Shown one piece after another: positions 42,652-55,960 of a stretch of DNA of 64,000 bases. The DNA lies in NCBI RefSeq assembly GCF_009914755.1, contig NC_060930.1; one strand, written 5' to 3'. Numbering within the stretch: position 1 is the stretch's first letter; every line of letters begins with the position of its first letter. The translations under genes and the position numbers were made by a program. The notes under the pieces were generated by a model, which saw only the letters and a list, made by a program, of their open reading frames with translations, had not been told where the DNA came from and made no database searches. The stretch is from the human T2T-CHM13v2.0 reference genome, Homo sapiens.

Positions 42652-42720
42652 AAAAATAATGGTAAACCACATAAGATTCCACGGGAATTTTTGTGGCATG
42701 TAAAAACATGACTTCCTGCT

Positions 42721-43118
42721 TGTATTAGGCCATTCTTGCATTGCTATAAGGAAATACCTGAGGCTGGGTAATTTTTAAGAGATTTAATTGACTCCCAGTT
42801 CTGCAGGCTGTACAGGAAGCATTGTGCTGCCATCTGCTTCCCAGGAGGCCTCGGGAAGCTTCTACTCACGATAGAGGGCGAAGTAGGAGCACGCACATCA
42901 CAAGATGAAAGCAGGAACAAGAGGGAGGTGGGAGGTAAGGTGCCACGTACTTAACAACCAGACCTCACCAGTACTCACTCACTAGGGCAGGGATGGCACC
43001 CAGCCATGAGGCATCCACCCCATGACCAAAGCACACCTCCCACCAGGCCTCGCCTCCAACACTGGGGATTCCATTTCAACACAACATTTGAGCGCGATCA
43101 GATATTCAAACTATAGCA
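42721..43118 (-). mobile_element. MSTA-like MaLR solo LTR
   Basis: tgtattaggccattcttgcattgctataaggaaatacctgaggctgggtaattt...attcaaactatagca. Perfect TSD ctgct at 42716-42720 and 43119-43123. Confidence 0.92.
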
Positions 43119-44026
43119 CTGCTGTTCTAATGAGTTAGAAGTTGAAGATGCACCAATATATGTAACGGAAAGATAACGAGAGGACTGTAAGCCATTCCCA
43201 TGGGTGTGCCGTCCTTCATGAAGGAGCAGAGCCAGCAGCCTACCCATCGTTACAGGACTTGCACTGAGCCAGGTCAGCAGGAGCAGAAACAGCTTTATAC
43301 TGATGGGGACTACAAAGCTTTAACACCCAGGTCCAGCAAACATTCACCCTTACACCCAGACCCTCATACACGTTTGCAAGACTGGACAAGATAGGTCTGC
43401 CTGTTCCATTGAGACGAACTGCCCTCCCTGTGGCGAGAATGAAACCCACAACTTGGGTGTTATTAGCACAGCCTCTCATCAAATTGACACCACCAGCCAT
43501 AGGTTATGATAATAAGAAAATAAGGCAAATGCAGCTAAGCTGATATGTCCAAGTCGAAAAAACTAATTTCAGCTTAGAAAAACAGCACACTAATGAAGCT
43601 TTTAAAAATTAACTTGTGATTAAAGATCATACAGACAGGCAGTGTTGGTGAAAAACCACAATGAACATCAAAACAAGCATGAGTTCAGAGTCTGGAAATG
43701 TATCCAGAAGGTTATTGTTTTTAAATATACAGAGAAGACACATATATTTGTTTCCTGTTTAAGATATATATGTATATTAGAAAACAAGAAAATTATTTTT
43801 TTTTCAATCTACCACTAATCAGTGTGACAAAAATCCATGACCCTCCAGGAATTTGACCAGCTCTCCAGGCAATGGATTCTTCAAATGAGAGCAAGTTGAA
43901 GTACTTGTGGTATCAGAAGATGTAGTCAGAGTCCCTGAGCCCAGAGGGTGTTCTTAATCTACGCCTGAAAATGATTGAAATGGACATCAGTGGAGGCAGA
44001 TAAGCTTTGGAAATCTTTAAGCAGGC

Positions 44027-44049
44027 AAAAAAAAAAAAAAAAAAAAAAA
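44027..44049. repeat. Isolated (A)23 mononucleotide run
   Basis: Direct count; not attached to a recognisable Alu or L1 body. Confidence 0.9.
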
Positions 44050-44720
44050 TGGAATAAGTAAACCTAGAAGAGTACCTGGCACACAGCGGAGGCTCAACAT
44101 GTGCTGGATTAATTCATTAATTCATTCAAAATTATGCTGGCGGTCAGTTTATGACAAATAGATTAAGATAGTGCACGGGTGCACGGCCATTAGAGTATGA
44201 TTAGTAAACCAACTTTATACCAAAGAATTCCTTTTTATGGAAAAAGTACAGTCACTTTTTTAAAACTTTCGGCAATACTGCAGAAGTAAAGGAACGATGG
44301 TGAACGATCATGATTATTTTTGTAACATTTCCCAAAGTAAAAATTTCAGCTGAAAATAAAAAGAAACCTTTATAAATTGGAATAAATGCAGACTGGAGTG
44401 ATTCTCTAGCACAGTGACCAACATTTGGACACATCACATAAGTCTTAAAGGTCGCAGAATGAGTCTAGTTATATATGTTTTTCCATTCCAGACAGCTTGA
44501 AATTTACTGTCTAATTCAAAAGTCCAAAACTATAAAACTCCTGAAAATAATCTTTCCAAATGACCAGTTTACTTTCTCCCTGGACCTGAAAATAGGATGG
44601 AAGGGAAGTCTAATTCTGAGAAAGTAGAATCTCCTTCTGATGTTTTGTTTATAAAAATAGTAAACATTTTACTGAACCAGAAAGGGCTAAATTTCATATC
44701 TCAATTTAAAAGTATTTGCA

Positions 44721-45037
44721 GGCCAGGCATAGTGGCTCACACCTGTAGTCCCAATGCTCTGGGAGGCTGAGGCAAGAGGATCACTTGAGTCCAGGAGTTC
44801 AAGACCAGCCTAGTCAACATAGTGAGACCCCCGTCTCTACAGAAAAGTAACCAGGGGAGAGGTGGTGCACACCTATGGCACTCAGGGGGCTGGGGCAGGA
44901 GGATCACTTTGAGCCCAGGAGTTAGAGGCTGCAGTGAGCAATAATCGTGCCACAGCACTCCAGCCTGGGTGACAGAGTGAGACCTCTGCCTTCTGCCTCT
45001 AAAAAAGACAAAACCACCACCACCACCACAACAAAAA
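44721..45037 (+). mobile_element. AluJ (Jo/Jr-like)
   Basis: ggatcacttgagtccaggagttcaagaccagcc...gagcccaggagttagaggctgcagtgagc; decayed tail containing (CCA)n. Confidence 0.9.
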
Positions 45038-46375
45038 ATCCGGTATTTGTGATCCCTTTCAAAGCACTGATTCTTCTGCTTCTCAGAGCACTCAGATTGC
45101 ATCTGATCTTTGCTTGCCAGAATCATCATTTTATGGTTTAGCAAGGAGTTGTCTGCAGGCTTTGCTCCAGTAATGGTTCCAAAGACATTCAGCCACAGCT
45201 TGAATAACCTGCACCTGAGCACAAATGTGGCATTCGTAGTCAAGCACCATCGTTCCCCTTCAGTTAGTTAGTCTCGTGACTTTTTTAAGTAGTAATTCCA
45301 CACCTGTCAAATGCTGTTGGAAGAGACCCTTGAATAGTTCTAGGAGAACCCTCCTCTGGGAAGAAATTTGGGACAGAAGAATTTTTCTTAAGAAGGAAGA
45401 AAAGATGGATGAGGAAAGCGCTGACTTCCTCTCATGAGGACCAACAGGCTCCACAATTCCTTTAGCGGCAGTTGTCAGCAAGATGCCCAGAACTGTCTCC
45501 AGGCGACAGCAGAGGTCAATTTCAGGTCCACAGAGTCCCACTAACCTCCTATAATTTAGAACCTAATTCAATTGTAACCTGATGGTGAAATTATTCAACA
45601 GTTTGCTTCTGGGCATTGAAATAAATAATAAAAAACAGCAAATTTAATACTGCCATTGTTGACATTCTCTACAGTGGCATCAGAAACGCCTCAAAGTCCT
45701 ATTTACTTCCAAGTGGCCATCTTCATAGTACATTGTCCTTTGTGAAAGCTCTTTGCAAAGAGAATGTACGTCTATATATGTAACATTTGCACCATGCATT
45801 ACAGTTTTTAAAGAGCTTAGCAAATATGAATCTTCTTTACTACACAGCACTCCTTTAAGATAAAGCATTCAATAACCAATTTTTAATCTCTTCGTTGTAG
45901 CACAGGTAACTGTGTCCTTATGTTAGGAAATTATGCCCCTTAGAATACCAGTTATTCCAATTTATCAGCCTAAAATGTATATGGAGTACTTACTGTAAGT
46001 CTACATGCATAGAATTTTTTAGTGTAATAAAATATTCACTATTTAATGGACAAAACATCCGAAAGAGATCCTACTTTCTCAGAATTAGACTTCCCTTTCC
46101 TCCTCCTGTTTTAAGTTCCAGGGAGAAAAAAAACTAGTTATCTGGAAAGCTTATACTTAGTGGAGTTTTATAGTTTCGACTTTTGAATAGACATTAAATT
46201 TCATGCCATCTAGAATGGAAAAACATATATAACTAGACTCATTCCACGGCCTTTAAGACTTATTTGACGTGTCCAAATGTGTCCAACTGTGTGTCTACAT
46301 GTCTGTTTATTGCTGATGGAAACAGCAACAGTAATTCACCTTCAAAATCCCCAAAACGTGGTTGAATAAACAAAT

Positions 46376-46455
46376 GAAGAACGCAGGATGGTGTGTAATG
46401 CCGAACTGCTGTAGGGAAGAACGCAGGATGGTGTGTAATGCCGAACTGCTGTAGG
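46376..46455. repeat. Perfect 40-bp tandem duplication
   Basis: gaagaacgcaggatggtgtgtaatgccgaactgctgtagg at 46376-46415 and 46416-46455, identical. Confidence 0.97.
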
Positions 46456-48116
46456 TGCAGAGTTAGGGAGGGAAAAACCCGGAAGGTTATCAGAGCCTCC
46501 AACATTCAGAAAAGACTTCCTGGAGGAGAGAGGCCTTCAATTAGGCCTCGAAGGACAGTATTTGGAGACAGAGGAGGAGGTAGGTAAGGTGTCCCTGCCA
46601 GTAATTACAGCCTCGTGAAAGAAGCCTGCGGGACAGAAATGAATATGGTATTGAGATGGCAGAGGAGAGAGGTCAAGGGTGCCACAATCTTCAGGCACAA
46701 CTAAGAAGATCCCTGCAAAGGCAGCGGCTCCTCTGGGCCAGCAGAGAAAGTGGAGACCCCAAACAGGGGCTCTCAAGATAGGATGGGGCTGCGGCTGGGA
46801 GCGGCACCACCTTTGGGAGGCTGGCAAGGTGGGCAGGCCCACGGGGGAGCCGTGGCTTGCTGGCTGGGGTTTCTCCTGCCAGCAGCACTGGCGTCCTCCA
46901 AAATTGCTTCCTGCGGCTTTTCTATTTCTCTTAACTTCATCCACTGTCTTTTCTTGTGTCCTGTGACCCACTCACTGCTATGCCACTGAAAATGCTGTTA
47001 GAACAAGAAAACAGTAGTCTGTGTCATGTTAATCACATCCTGCTCGAACATGGCCGGAGTTCCCTGCCCATACCCTTTATAAAGCAGTGGACAGTCCCCA
47101 GATGGGCTTGCTGGAAGTCTGCACCGGCGCTGCATGCAGGAGAGCCCCGGGCTGCTCTGACCACAGTGACATGCCGGGTTGTCACACCCTGCACGGATGC
47201 AGACAATTCCATACAGATGGATCAGCAACTTTGCAGGTCTTCACAACTATGAGCCCAGATCCGCTGAGCCAGGATGCCTCAGCAAAAGGTGACTTCACAT
47301 AGGGTGGCTTGAAAAGGCAAGCAATCCTGGCTGACTGCATGCCTTCCCCAGGACCAGCACCCACCAGGTGACTCCTTTTACCCTCAACAAACTCCATCTG
47401 CCAGTCAGAGCCCCTTATCCATGAGCTTGCATAGTTTCAGAATCACTCTCAACAAGCAGAGATCCATTTGCCTCTCTGAGGTGGGACCGTACAGGTGCAA
47501 GAGCCTCTCCAGACCACTGGCTGCAGGTTGGCCATGATAAACAGCCTCACCCAAGAATGCTGAGCACGCAGTTACTGTAGGTAAACAAGTCCCGGCTTCA
47601 CTCTCAGCTGGAGCTGGCACTACGTTGGTATTTATGTAATGCTGCATTGGCAGATATTTCATCTGCAGTATATGTTGAAATGGACAGATAATTATTTAGA
47701 ACAAATAAAATAAGCTACTTCTGAAGATGACTTGAAGTGGGCACTGACTTGCTGGGACTCTCAGGCCAGCCTCTACCACCCAAGGCAGCTCTCTACAGAA
47801 CACAAAGGTCCAGCCTAGAAGGGAGTGGCTGAGGTGAGTGCCTCAGGACAAGCCAACACAGTGATGTTCATTCCAGGAATATTTATGATGAAGAGAACCC
47901 AGGAGAGCTGAAGATTAGCGTCACACTCTTATAATAGAGAAGAGCTCACCTGCACCAGGTGCCGTGTCCCGCTGGGGCCTGGCTACTCCAGAGGCTCCTC
48001 CGCTGCTGCAATGTGCCCGAGCCCCAACCTGCAAGTCCTCCTGGTAGAGTAGCTCTTAGCTCCAGCCTGCGTGTCAGACCAACGCCCACACTTTGTCCAC
48101 TTCTTACTTTGTTTAG

Positions 48117-48255
48117 TAAGAAGGGAAGGGAAAAGGAAGAAAAAGAGGAAAGGAGGAACAAAGGAAGAGGAGAGGGAAGAAGGCAGTGCAGTAAGGGAAG
48201 GGAAAGGTGGGAAGGTGTGGAAATAAGAAGCAGAGATGAGAAGGGGCAGAGGAAG
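48117..48255. repeat. Purine-rich (GA/GGAA) low-complexity tract
   Basis: aagaagggaagggaaaaggaagaaaaagaggaaaggaggaacaaaggaagaggagagggaagaagg... Confidence 0.85.
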
Positions 48256-49239
48256 GTGGCTCTGTGGTCCTGGCCTTGTTCATGGCAAAACACACTTATA
48301 CTTTGAGGGTGTTCCGCTTCCCTAAGGCACACCGGAGAAGGTCAACAGGTTCCTGTGGACCAGCGAGAAGAGGAGCCCTGTTCAGGAACAGCAGGCAATA
48401 GGAAGAGACAAAAGTGATTGATTCCCTGAGGTGCCAGAGCAGGAAGAACAGTCCAGGCATGGCCTGAGAGCAGAGCAAGGTAAAGAGCACGCCTCACCTA
48501 CCCCCCAGCTCACGCTCCCAGGAGGAGGCCCTGGCCCTGCACAGCCAGCCCCTCCACCCCTCCTCCAGGAGCCTCCACCCCCGAAACCAGCCCTCAGCCC
48601 TCTCCCAACTCTGCTCCTCCAGCTGAAATACTGCCCCTCACACCAGGGCCGCATCCCTCTGGGACTACAGCTGGAGTGGCCCTGCCAGTGTAGCAAAGGG
48701 CATCTCTGGGGAGGAGATGGTCTCAGCAACTTCAAACACATTTTCTGTTAAGTTTTCTCTTGTATTGTGATGTTACAGAACACGCTCAGCAGGAATTTGT
48801 CCCCCAAGAAGTATTCTTTGCTGCAATCCATCTTCAATTCACAATGGGAATAACCTGCTCACTATCCTTTGTATTTTTCTCACCTACTTTCATGTTTTCT
48901 ACATCTCTGGTAGGAGATTTAAATTATTTAGGGACAAAGCTGAAGGTGTGTGAATGGATGGATGAAGAGATGGCTGAACTGATTGATGAACAAAAAGTTC
49001 ACCTGCCAGTAAAAACAGAGGAATGGAGTAGAATGCAGGAGGCCGGAGGCTGCAGGGGCATTTTACAGTTGACCTAGATGGTAATTTGGAGAGAGAGGGA
49101 GAGAAATGACACCAGCCTTGAACTTGAGAGATGCCATTTTCTAAATTACCCTGTGTGGCTAAATGACTTTTGCATGCTAGCCCAAAGAAATAACTGCCAT
49201 GCATTTCACTGTGTGAGAAAACATATTATGAGTTCAAGA

Positions 49240-50850
49240 AAATAAGAGGAAACATTTTAACATCAAGATGGGAAGGGATAAAGACAGTCCAAGAGGCCGT
49301 GGAGGGGGCAGGATACAGCTGTCCACGTGAGAAATGGCAGTGACTTCTTTGTGTTAGGGGCAGAGGAGATGGAGAAAATGGAAATATTTGAAAAATATTG
49401 AAGACATATAAAGGACAGGTCTTAATAACACAGAATTGTGAGTGAGGAAGTAGGATGAGTAAAAGATAACTTCTGGATTTCTGTTCTGAAAACAAAATTC
49501 TGGAAGGGGAAATGGAATGAGGAGCACGTTTGTAGGGAAGGAGGGAAATTGTAAGTTGCACTGTCCTTCATTGTTAAGATTTCACCAAATGAGAAACATT
49601 CAAATAGAAATATTCCCTAAATAATAAGACATTTTGTCCTGGGGCTCAATAAGAAATGCCTGGTGGGAAGTAATAGATTTTATTCAGCCATTTAAGAGTG
49701 TTCAGGTCTTGGGGGATAACTATCATCATTAAAGGAAGAGTACTCTTGTCATTAATGATGGAGATGGTCCATAGAAAGTGACACAGATCAGGGACAGAAG
49801 ATGATCTAGGGTGCAGTTCTGAGTCTCACCCTCTGCTATGGTTTGGGTATGGTTTGGATATAGCTTGTTTGGCGCTGCCAAGTCTCATGTTGAAATTTGA
49901 TCTGCAATGTTTGAAGTGAGGCCTGGTGGGAGGTGTGTGGGTCATGGGGGGTGCAGATCCCTCAGGAATGGCTTGGTGCCATTCTCAGGGGAGTGACTTC
50001 TCATGGGAGTGGGTGAGTTCTCACTCTTAGTTCCTGCAGAAACTGGTTGTTGAAAAGAACCTGGCAGCTCCTCCTCTCTTGCTTCCTCTCTGGCCATGTG
50101 ATCTCTGCACACACCAGCTCCCCTTCATCTTCCACAATAAATGGAAGCTTCCTGAAGCCCTCACCAGAAGCAGATGCTGGTGCCATGTTTCTTATATGGC
50201 CTGCAGAGCCATGAGCCAAGATAAACCTCTTTTCCTTAAAAATTATCCAGCCTCAGCATTCCTTTATAGCAGCCCCAACAGACTAAAACACCTACATTTA
50301 AGGGACAGACAGCTCCCAAAGGAGACCAAGCAGATGTAGCCACAGATGCAGGTAAAAAACCACGGGAGTTTACTTCTATGGGCACCAAAAGAAGAATGTG
50401 TTTAAACAAAGAGAGCAGAGTCAAAAATTTCTCTTGGAGGCAAAGTAAAATAAAGGCTGAAAAATGTCCATTGAACTGAGCAACAATGCTGTCTTGGGTA
50501 AAGCAGTTTTCATATAGAGGTAAAACAGAAGCCAGATTATAATGGGTAAAAAAATAAATGAGAGTTGAGGAAGAGAGCAAGTACAGGCAACTCTTTTTAA
50601 AAAGTTGATTTTGACGAAGGAAAGTGGGGCCAAATGTTGGTAGCGTTTTGGGTTAGACAGAGACTTGCTAGTTTTAAGACGAAAAGACACGACTATGTTT
50701 AAATGAAGAAAGATATGAGCTCCATGAAACTGAAGGTACAAAAAAGAAAGGCTATAATCTATTGTACAAGGGCCCTGAGGAGGTGGGAAGACATAGCGGA
50801 AGAATTTGCCTGAAATGAGAAGGGGCTCACCTCTTCCATCATAAGCCGGC
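49240..50850 (-). mobile_element. LINE-2 fragment interrupted by MSTB
   Basis: ggcagaggagatggagaaaatggaaatatttgaaaaatattgaag, then after the LTR cctacatttaagggacag...aaaggctgaaaaatgtccattgaactgagcaac. Confidence 0.65.
49834..50290 (+). mobile_element. MSTB-like MaLR solo LTR
   Basis: tgctatggtttgg...ctcatgttgaaatttgatc...gccctcaccagaagcagatgctggtgccatg...cctttatagcagccccaacagactaaaaca. Confidence 0.88.
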
Positions 50851-52409
50851 TGAATGGGAGTTGTGGGCATGACTCGAGCAGTTCAGACGCACCACATTTC
50901 CTGCTGCTCTCTAATATCCCCAAACCTGTCATATTTCCCCTTTTGCATGTGACAGTCTAATGATAATCCTGAAGCATATACAGATATATTTCTTCTTCAT
51001 TGATAAAGCATCATATAATCTTCTGGAGACACAGGCTCCATTAAAATAATTTCTCAATTTCCCCATTGTACGTAACTGCCTTCCATGAAGCTTGCCACTA
51101 AAATATCACTTGACTGAGAGGAGGTGGTGTTGGTGACTAGAAAATGTATGTCTTGAGAGCATGGTGTTCTTTTACTTGTGGAATATGAAATATCTGCTTC
51201 CAAATTCCTCAAGGTCCTTCTCCTTGGAGAAGGGGTTTTCCTCTTGCCAGATCATGCCATTCATCCCCTGTGTTAATGTCTATAGACTAGCAAGGAAATG
51301 TGCCTAAATTCAACAGCTTGCCAGCACCTAAGAGAAATTATCAGAAATATTGTCCACTTCCTCTTATACATTTCTCTCTGGAAAATTTTTTCAATTTCAC
51401 AAGGTTTTATCATCTATATTATAGGGATTTGTTTTTAATTCTTCACAATTTCCTTACACTCCTCCAAAGGAATCTTTAACAAGTACAGTTCTCTTTTTCA
51501 ATTCTGCCCTTGGTGAGTCAATTTATAGTGTGGTTTGATATTTTATTATTGTCAAATATTGCTTATAAGAGAGAGGCTTTGGTTTGGTAACAACTAAACA
51601 CTAAAATAAAAAAGGAAAAAAGTTGTTGTTTTTTTTGTTTATTTTTGTTTTTTTAAAGAGAGGCTTTGGGAAAACTGGCAAACTTTCTGCTCTTCCAAAG
51701 GTTACTTGTTATATGACTGATCTCCAAGCATTTATTTATCTGAAAAAATCTGTTTGTGATTCTGCCTATGTCAGGGCAACAATGGCTACAAGATACTTTG
51801 AAAGATGGTGGGATATGCCACACAGGGTACTGTATAAACCTCAGGGTAAATCATGTTAAATAGAACTGTTCTCCTCCCATCTGCCAAAGCACATTTATTT
51901 TTCTTCAAACCAAAATGTAGTTTGACCTCCAGGTAGGTTTCCTAAACAACCCTGCCCTTCTCCATTCCTCCTAGTGCCACCTTGAGCTGGCCTTTCTTCT
52001 GAATACTCTTTCATTTATTGGTAATTGTGACTCACTTATGTATACTTATGCTTTGCTAGCTTCTTTCCCCCTTTGGAAATTAATCTCAGCAGAAACTGAG
52101 TTGAATCTCTTCTACGTATTCCTAAGCATAGCTGTCCTTTGAGCACTCCATAAATATTTGTCTACTGACTGGTTGAAGATTTAGTCTCACACAAGTGCAG
52201 GTGAACTTCATCTCATTTTAGAACTCTGATGGGAAATATGACTGTGTTACACAAGATTCTGGGTCTTTTCCTACCCTTGGGTGAATAAAGAGCCATAATC
52301 AATTACAAATGTCTGCTATGGGACTGAAAAGATGGCAAGAAGAGGTGGAGACTGTGCTGCTGTACCAAGAGTTTGCCACTTCGTTTTAGTGGGGCATTGA
52401 ATGGTTGAT

Positions 52410-52791
52410 TGTATTAGTCCGTTTTCACACTGCTATAAAGAACTACCTGAGACTGGGTAATTTATAAAGAAAAAAGGTTTAATTGACTCATAGTTCTGCA
52501 GGCTGTACAGGAGGCATGGCTGGGGAGGCCTCAGGAAACTTACAATCATGGCAAAAGCTGAAGGAGAAGCCAGCTCATCTTACATGGCTTGAGCAGGAGG
52601 GAGAGAGCAAAGGGGGAAGTGCTACACACTTTTACAACAACCAGACCTCATGAGAACTTACTATCATGAGAACAGCAAGGGGAAAGTTCCGCCCCCATGA
52701 TCCAATCACCTTCCACTAGGCCCCTCTCCCAACATTGGGGATTACAATTCAACACGAGATTTGACTGGGGACACAGAGCCAGATTATATCA
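52410..52791 (-). mobile_element. MaLR solo LTR (MSTA/THE1D-like)
   Basis: tgtattagtccgttttcacactgctataaagaactacctgagactgggtaatttata...ggggacacagagccagattatatca. Perfect TSD ttgat at 52405-52409 and 52792-52796. Confidence 0.92.
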
Positions 52792-53711
52792 TTGATGGTT
52801 TGATACAGGCTTTTGAGATACGTAATGTGTAAATATTTCCTTTAATTACTTAGCATGATGAATTTCATCAAACCCAAATATATATCAGTGGTTTGATTGG
52901 CTAGTTGGTGGGTGGGGTTTTTTTGGCAGGGGGTGGGTTTACCCTCCATTTCTTTAGTCTGACAGTATAACTTTTGGTCACGTGATTGTTCCATAAAATA
53001 TATTGGGATTGCATACATCCTAATTTGCAGTAATTTTATTTTCTTGATAGATACAGTCTTCTGTAAATGGATTTTTATCTTAGCAAGTATTTTTTATATA
53101 CATATTTTCTACCAACATAGCTAATTTGACTAGATGTTATTAAATAGGGAGAAAATCTAGCTCTAGTTCATGTTTTCTCTTGCTTAAGGAAAACAAAAAT
53201 GCTCAACTTTTGTTGAAAATGAATGTAAGGCCAACGGTAACATTATTCAAAATATAATAATGTCCTTTTTAAGATAAAGTAAATTGGAGTTGTCTCTTTG
53301 TCACCCCAGTTACTGTCTCTAAGGCCACATTTCTGTTCTCATAAGATAGGTTATATGAAAAGAAATTGAAGCACCATAAATTACATTAGTGTAAGGTCAC
53401 AAATTAATCACTTTATAACCTATTTTCTCTTGAAAACTCTTTCTTTATAGAAGTTCTACCAGAAAATGGCTCACACTATTGAACTTAATAGGTTATTACT
53501 ACATGTTTTGCTCAGTATTCTAAGCCAAGTCATCAGGAAAAGATTATAGTTACCAGTTCCCATTGTCCTGTTTGACATCAATGAAAAGATGCTTTACTTA
53601 TATTTTCATGTGTTATTTATCCTGTCAGAAGATATATCCATTTTATATGCAGCTAAAGTTCCTGGGGCTTTTCATTAATCAACTAAACACAGGATGTGCT
53701 TGAAGGAAGAG

Positions 53712-53754
53712 CTGTGGAAGGGAGTATTGCCCCACTGTGGAAGGGAGTGTTGCC
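53712..53754. repeat. Short tandem duplication (23-bp period)
   Basis: ctgtggaagggagtattgcc(cca) / ctgtggaagggagtgttgcc. Confidence 0.85.
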
Positions 53755-54749
53755 AAACCCTTTTAGTAAAACTGAAATTATATTTTCTTGGTTAACTGAA
53801 AAAGAAAATGTTAATGATGGTGTGGACTAGCATCAGAATTAATTTTACTCTACAATTGAATTTATGGTCAAAGTGTCATATTCCTATTATTTAAGAATGT
53901 TTTGTATTATATCTTAAATAAAATTTATTAGCTGAATAAATATTTATATGCATGATATAATGGAATAAAAGAGGGAGCAATGGAGACTTTATTTCAATAA
54001 GTGAGTTTTATATACAACAGTAAATAATTAAATCCAATTGATTCCAGAACTCATAAGGCACTTCTTTTATAAGGATAAGTGCAGTATTGGTGTTAGATTG
54101 AGTCTATAACTTATAACAGTATCATACTTGGGAGGAAGAATTTGAATAGAAGGGCAGAACAGAATTTGAATCTAGTTCAAATGAGAGAAAATCTTTGTAA
54201 AGTGCTGGCATAATGAAGGAAGAAGTGATTTGACATTGGCATAGATTCTCTCTGCTGTCAAAGATCTGAAGAAGTCGTTTCATCCCACTGCCCCACATGG
54301 GGCATTTTAGCCAGTTGACTGCTGGTGGTCTCAGACAAAGAAGGAACACGTTCAACACCACCATCAAGGACTTTCGTAGTCTTGATTCTTAGACTTTGAA
54401 TAACTCTTCTTTGAGTTCTATTAACATTCATCTTTATTTTTCTCAGTATTGTAGAATAGAATGTTTAGACTTCCCAGAATATTTTTTTCTCATGTAAAAG
54501 GCTCAAAAAAATGGTGTCTCTTCTGTATTTCTATCAGTCACTCTTTCTTCTTTGTCCTTCATACTTGAGTTAATCCATCTCATGCTTCAACCTCACTTTT
54601 GGCGTGTAATCACCCATGTTGTTTTGCTATCTCTGATGATGGAAGTGAGTTTGGTGGAAGCAAAGATGGCATTTGTCTGTGTCTATATCCCCAACTACTG
54701 ACCTAGTGGTCAGCACTTAGCATGTGGTAAAAGCTTGTGAAAGAAGCGT

Positions 54750-54900
54750 TTCAAAGTTTAGTTCCAAATCCCATCACCTCGATAAATTACTGAACAAGGC
54801 ACTTATTCTTTTTGAATATTTTTCTCATTTATAAAATGAGGCTAATGATATCTTCTCTCTGGGTTTTCATGACAAGCAAAATAATGATTGAGAGATTTGT
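54750..54900 (+). mobile_element. MIR relic
   Basis: tttttctcatttataaaatgaggctaatgatatcttctctctgggttttcatga is the MIR core. Confidence 0.6.
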
Positions 54901-55337
54901 ACCATGTAAGATATGATTATTTTTCTAACCTTCAACTGGAGGAAATTCTGTCAACACACGGTTTTAAGTTTCCAAGTAGTATATTTCTGTGCATTCTGTT
55001 GGCATTCAATACTTACTGCCCACTGAAATGAGTCTTCTTCTTTTATCATAATATTCTTAAGATGCTTGCCTGGCGTCTTGGTTTCAAGGACCACCTCTAT
55101 AAGAGACTCCACAATCTACACTTCAACACTTGATCATTTACCTCTGCCCAGAATCATGTCTGTAAGAATTAGCTCCATCAGAATTTCGTCCAGGAGTCCC
55201 TAGGTGGACACCTTGCTGCTTCTCCCTGCTACAACTCAATCTCTCCAAGTGCAACCCCTGTCCTTCTTAACATCACCTGATGGTGTGGGCACAGCTGGCT
55301 GTTCATTGCCCCTCCTGCTCCCACGGCTGCCCCAACC

Positions 55338-55786
55338 CCTACACACACCCACACCCCCCACCCCTACACACACACGCACACTCCCACATACACACACACG
55401 CACACTCCCACATACACACACACTCACACTCCCACATGCACACACACTCACACCTCCACCCCCACACACACACACACTCACACATTCACACTCCCACTCC
55501 CACCCCTACTTCTACACACACTCACATACACACACACTCTCACACTCCCACCCCGACATACACACACTCTGACACACACTCACACTGTCACACGCTCATA
55601 CTTCCATCCATAACACACTCACACTCCCACCCCCCCCACACACTCACACTCCCATCGTCACATACACATACACACACACTCACACCCCCATGCCCACATA
55701 CACATACACACACCCTCACCCCTACTTCTACAGACACATACACACACACTCACACCTCCACCCCCCCACACACACTCACACACACA
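55338..55786. repeat. Complex CA-rich repeat (CACA/CACT/CACCC units), about 450 bp
   Basis: Read directly; recurrent sub-units cacactcccacatacacacac and cacccctacttctaca(c/g)aca. Confidence 0.95.
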
Positions 55787-55787
55787 A

Positions 55788-55960
55788 CTGACGCTGGCTC
55801 GCGCACATGCTATTCCCAGAGCTCTGCTTCCGAGACGGTGGTGGCTCCCCGGGGCCGCACCTGTGCCTCCGCCGGGCCTGTGGGGTGAGTGGGATGCTAA
55901 CGCCTGGCCTTGGAGAGAGATGTCTGGGAGGAGGAGGGGGGGACGTGCAAGGGACGATTG
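55788..55960 (+). promoter_or_regulatory. Small CpG-dense segment ending in a 5' splice-site consensus; candidate promoter or first exon
   Basis: About 12 CpG in about 170 bp; GGG|GTGAGT donor at 55884/55885. Confidence 0.3.

Noticed and set aside
47830-48120. Isolated splice-donor consensus matches (plus GAG|GTGAGT near 47833; minus CAG|GTGAGC near 47950)
   Set aside because: No convincing paired acceptor; such hexamers are common by chance.
55204-55888. His/Thr-rich ORFs (122 and 202 aa) that could look like metal-binding proteins
   Set aside because: They are simply translations of the CA-rich repeat.
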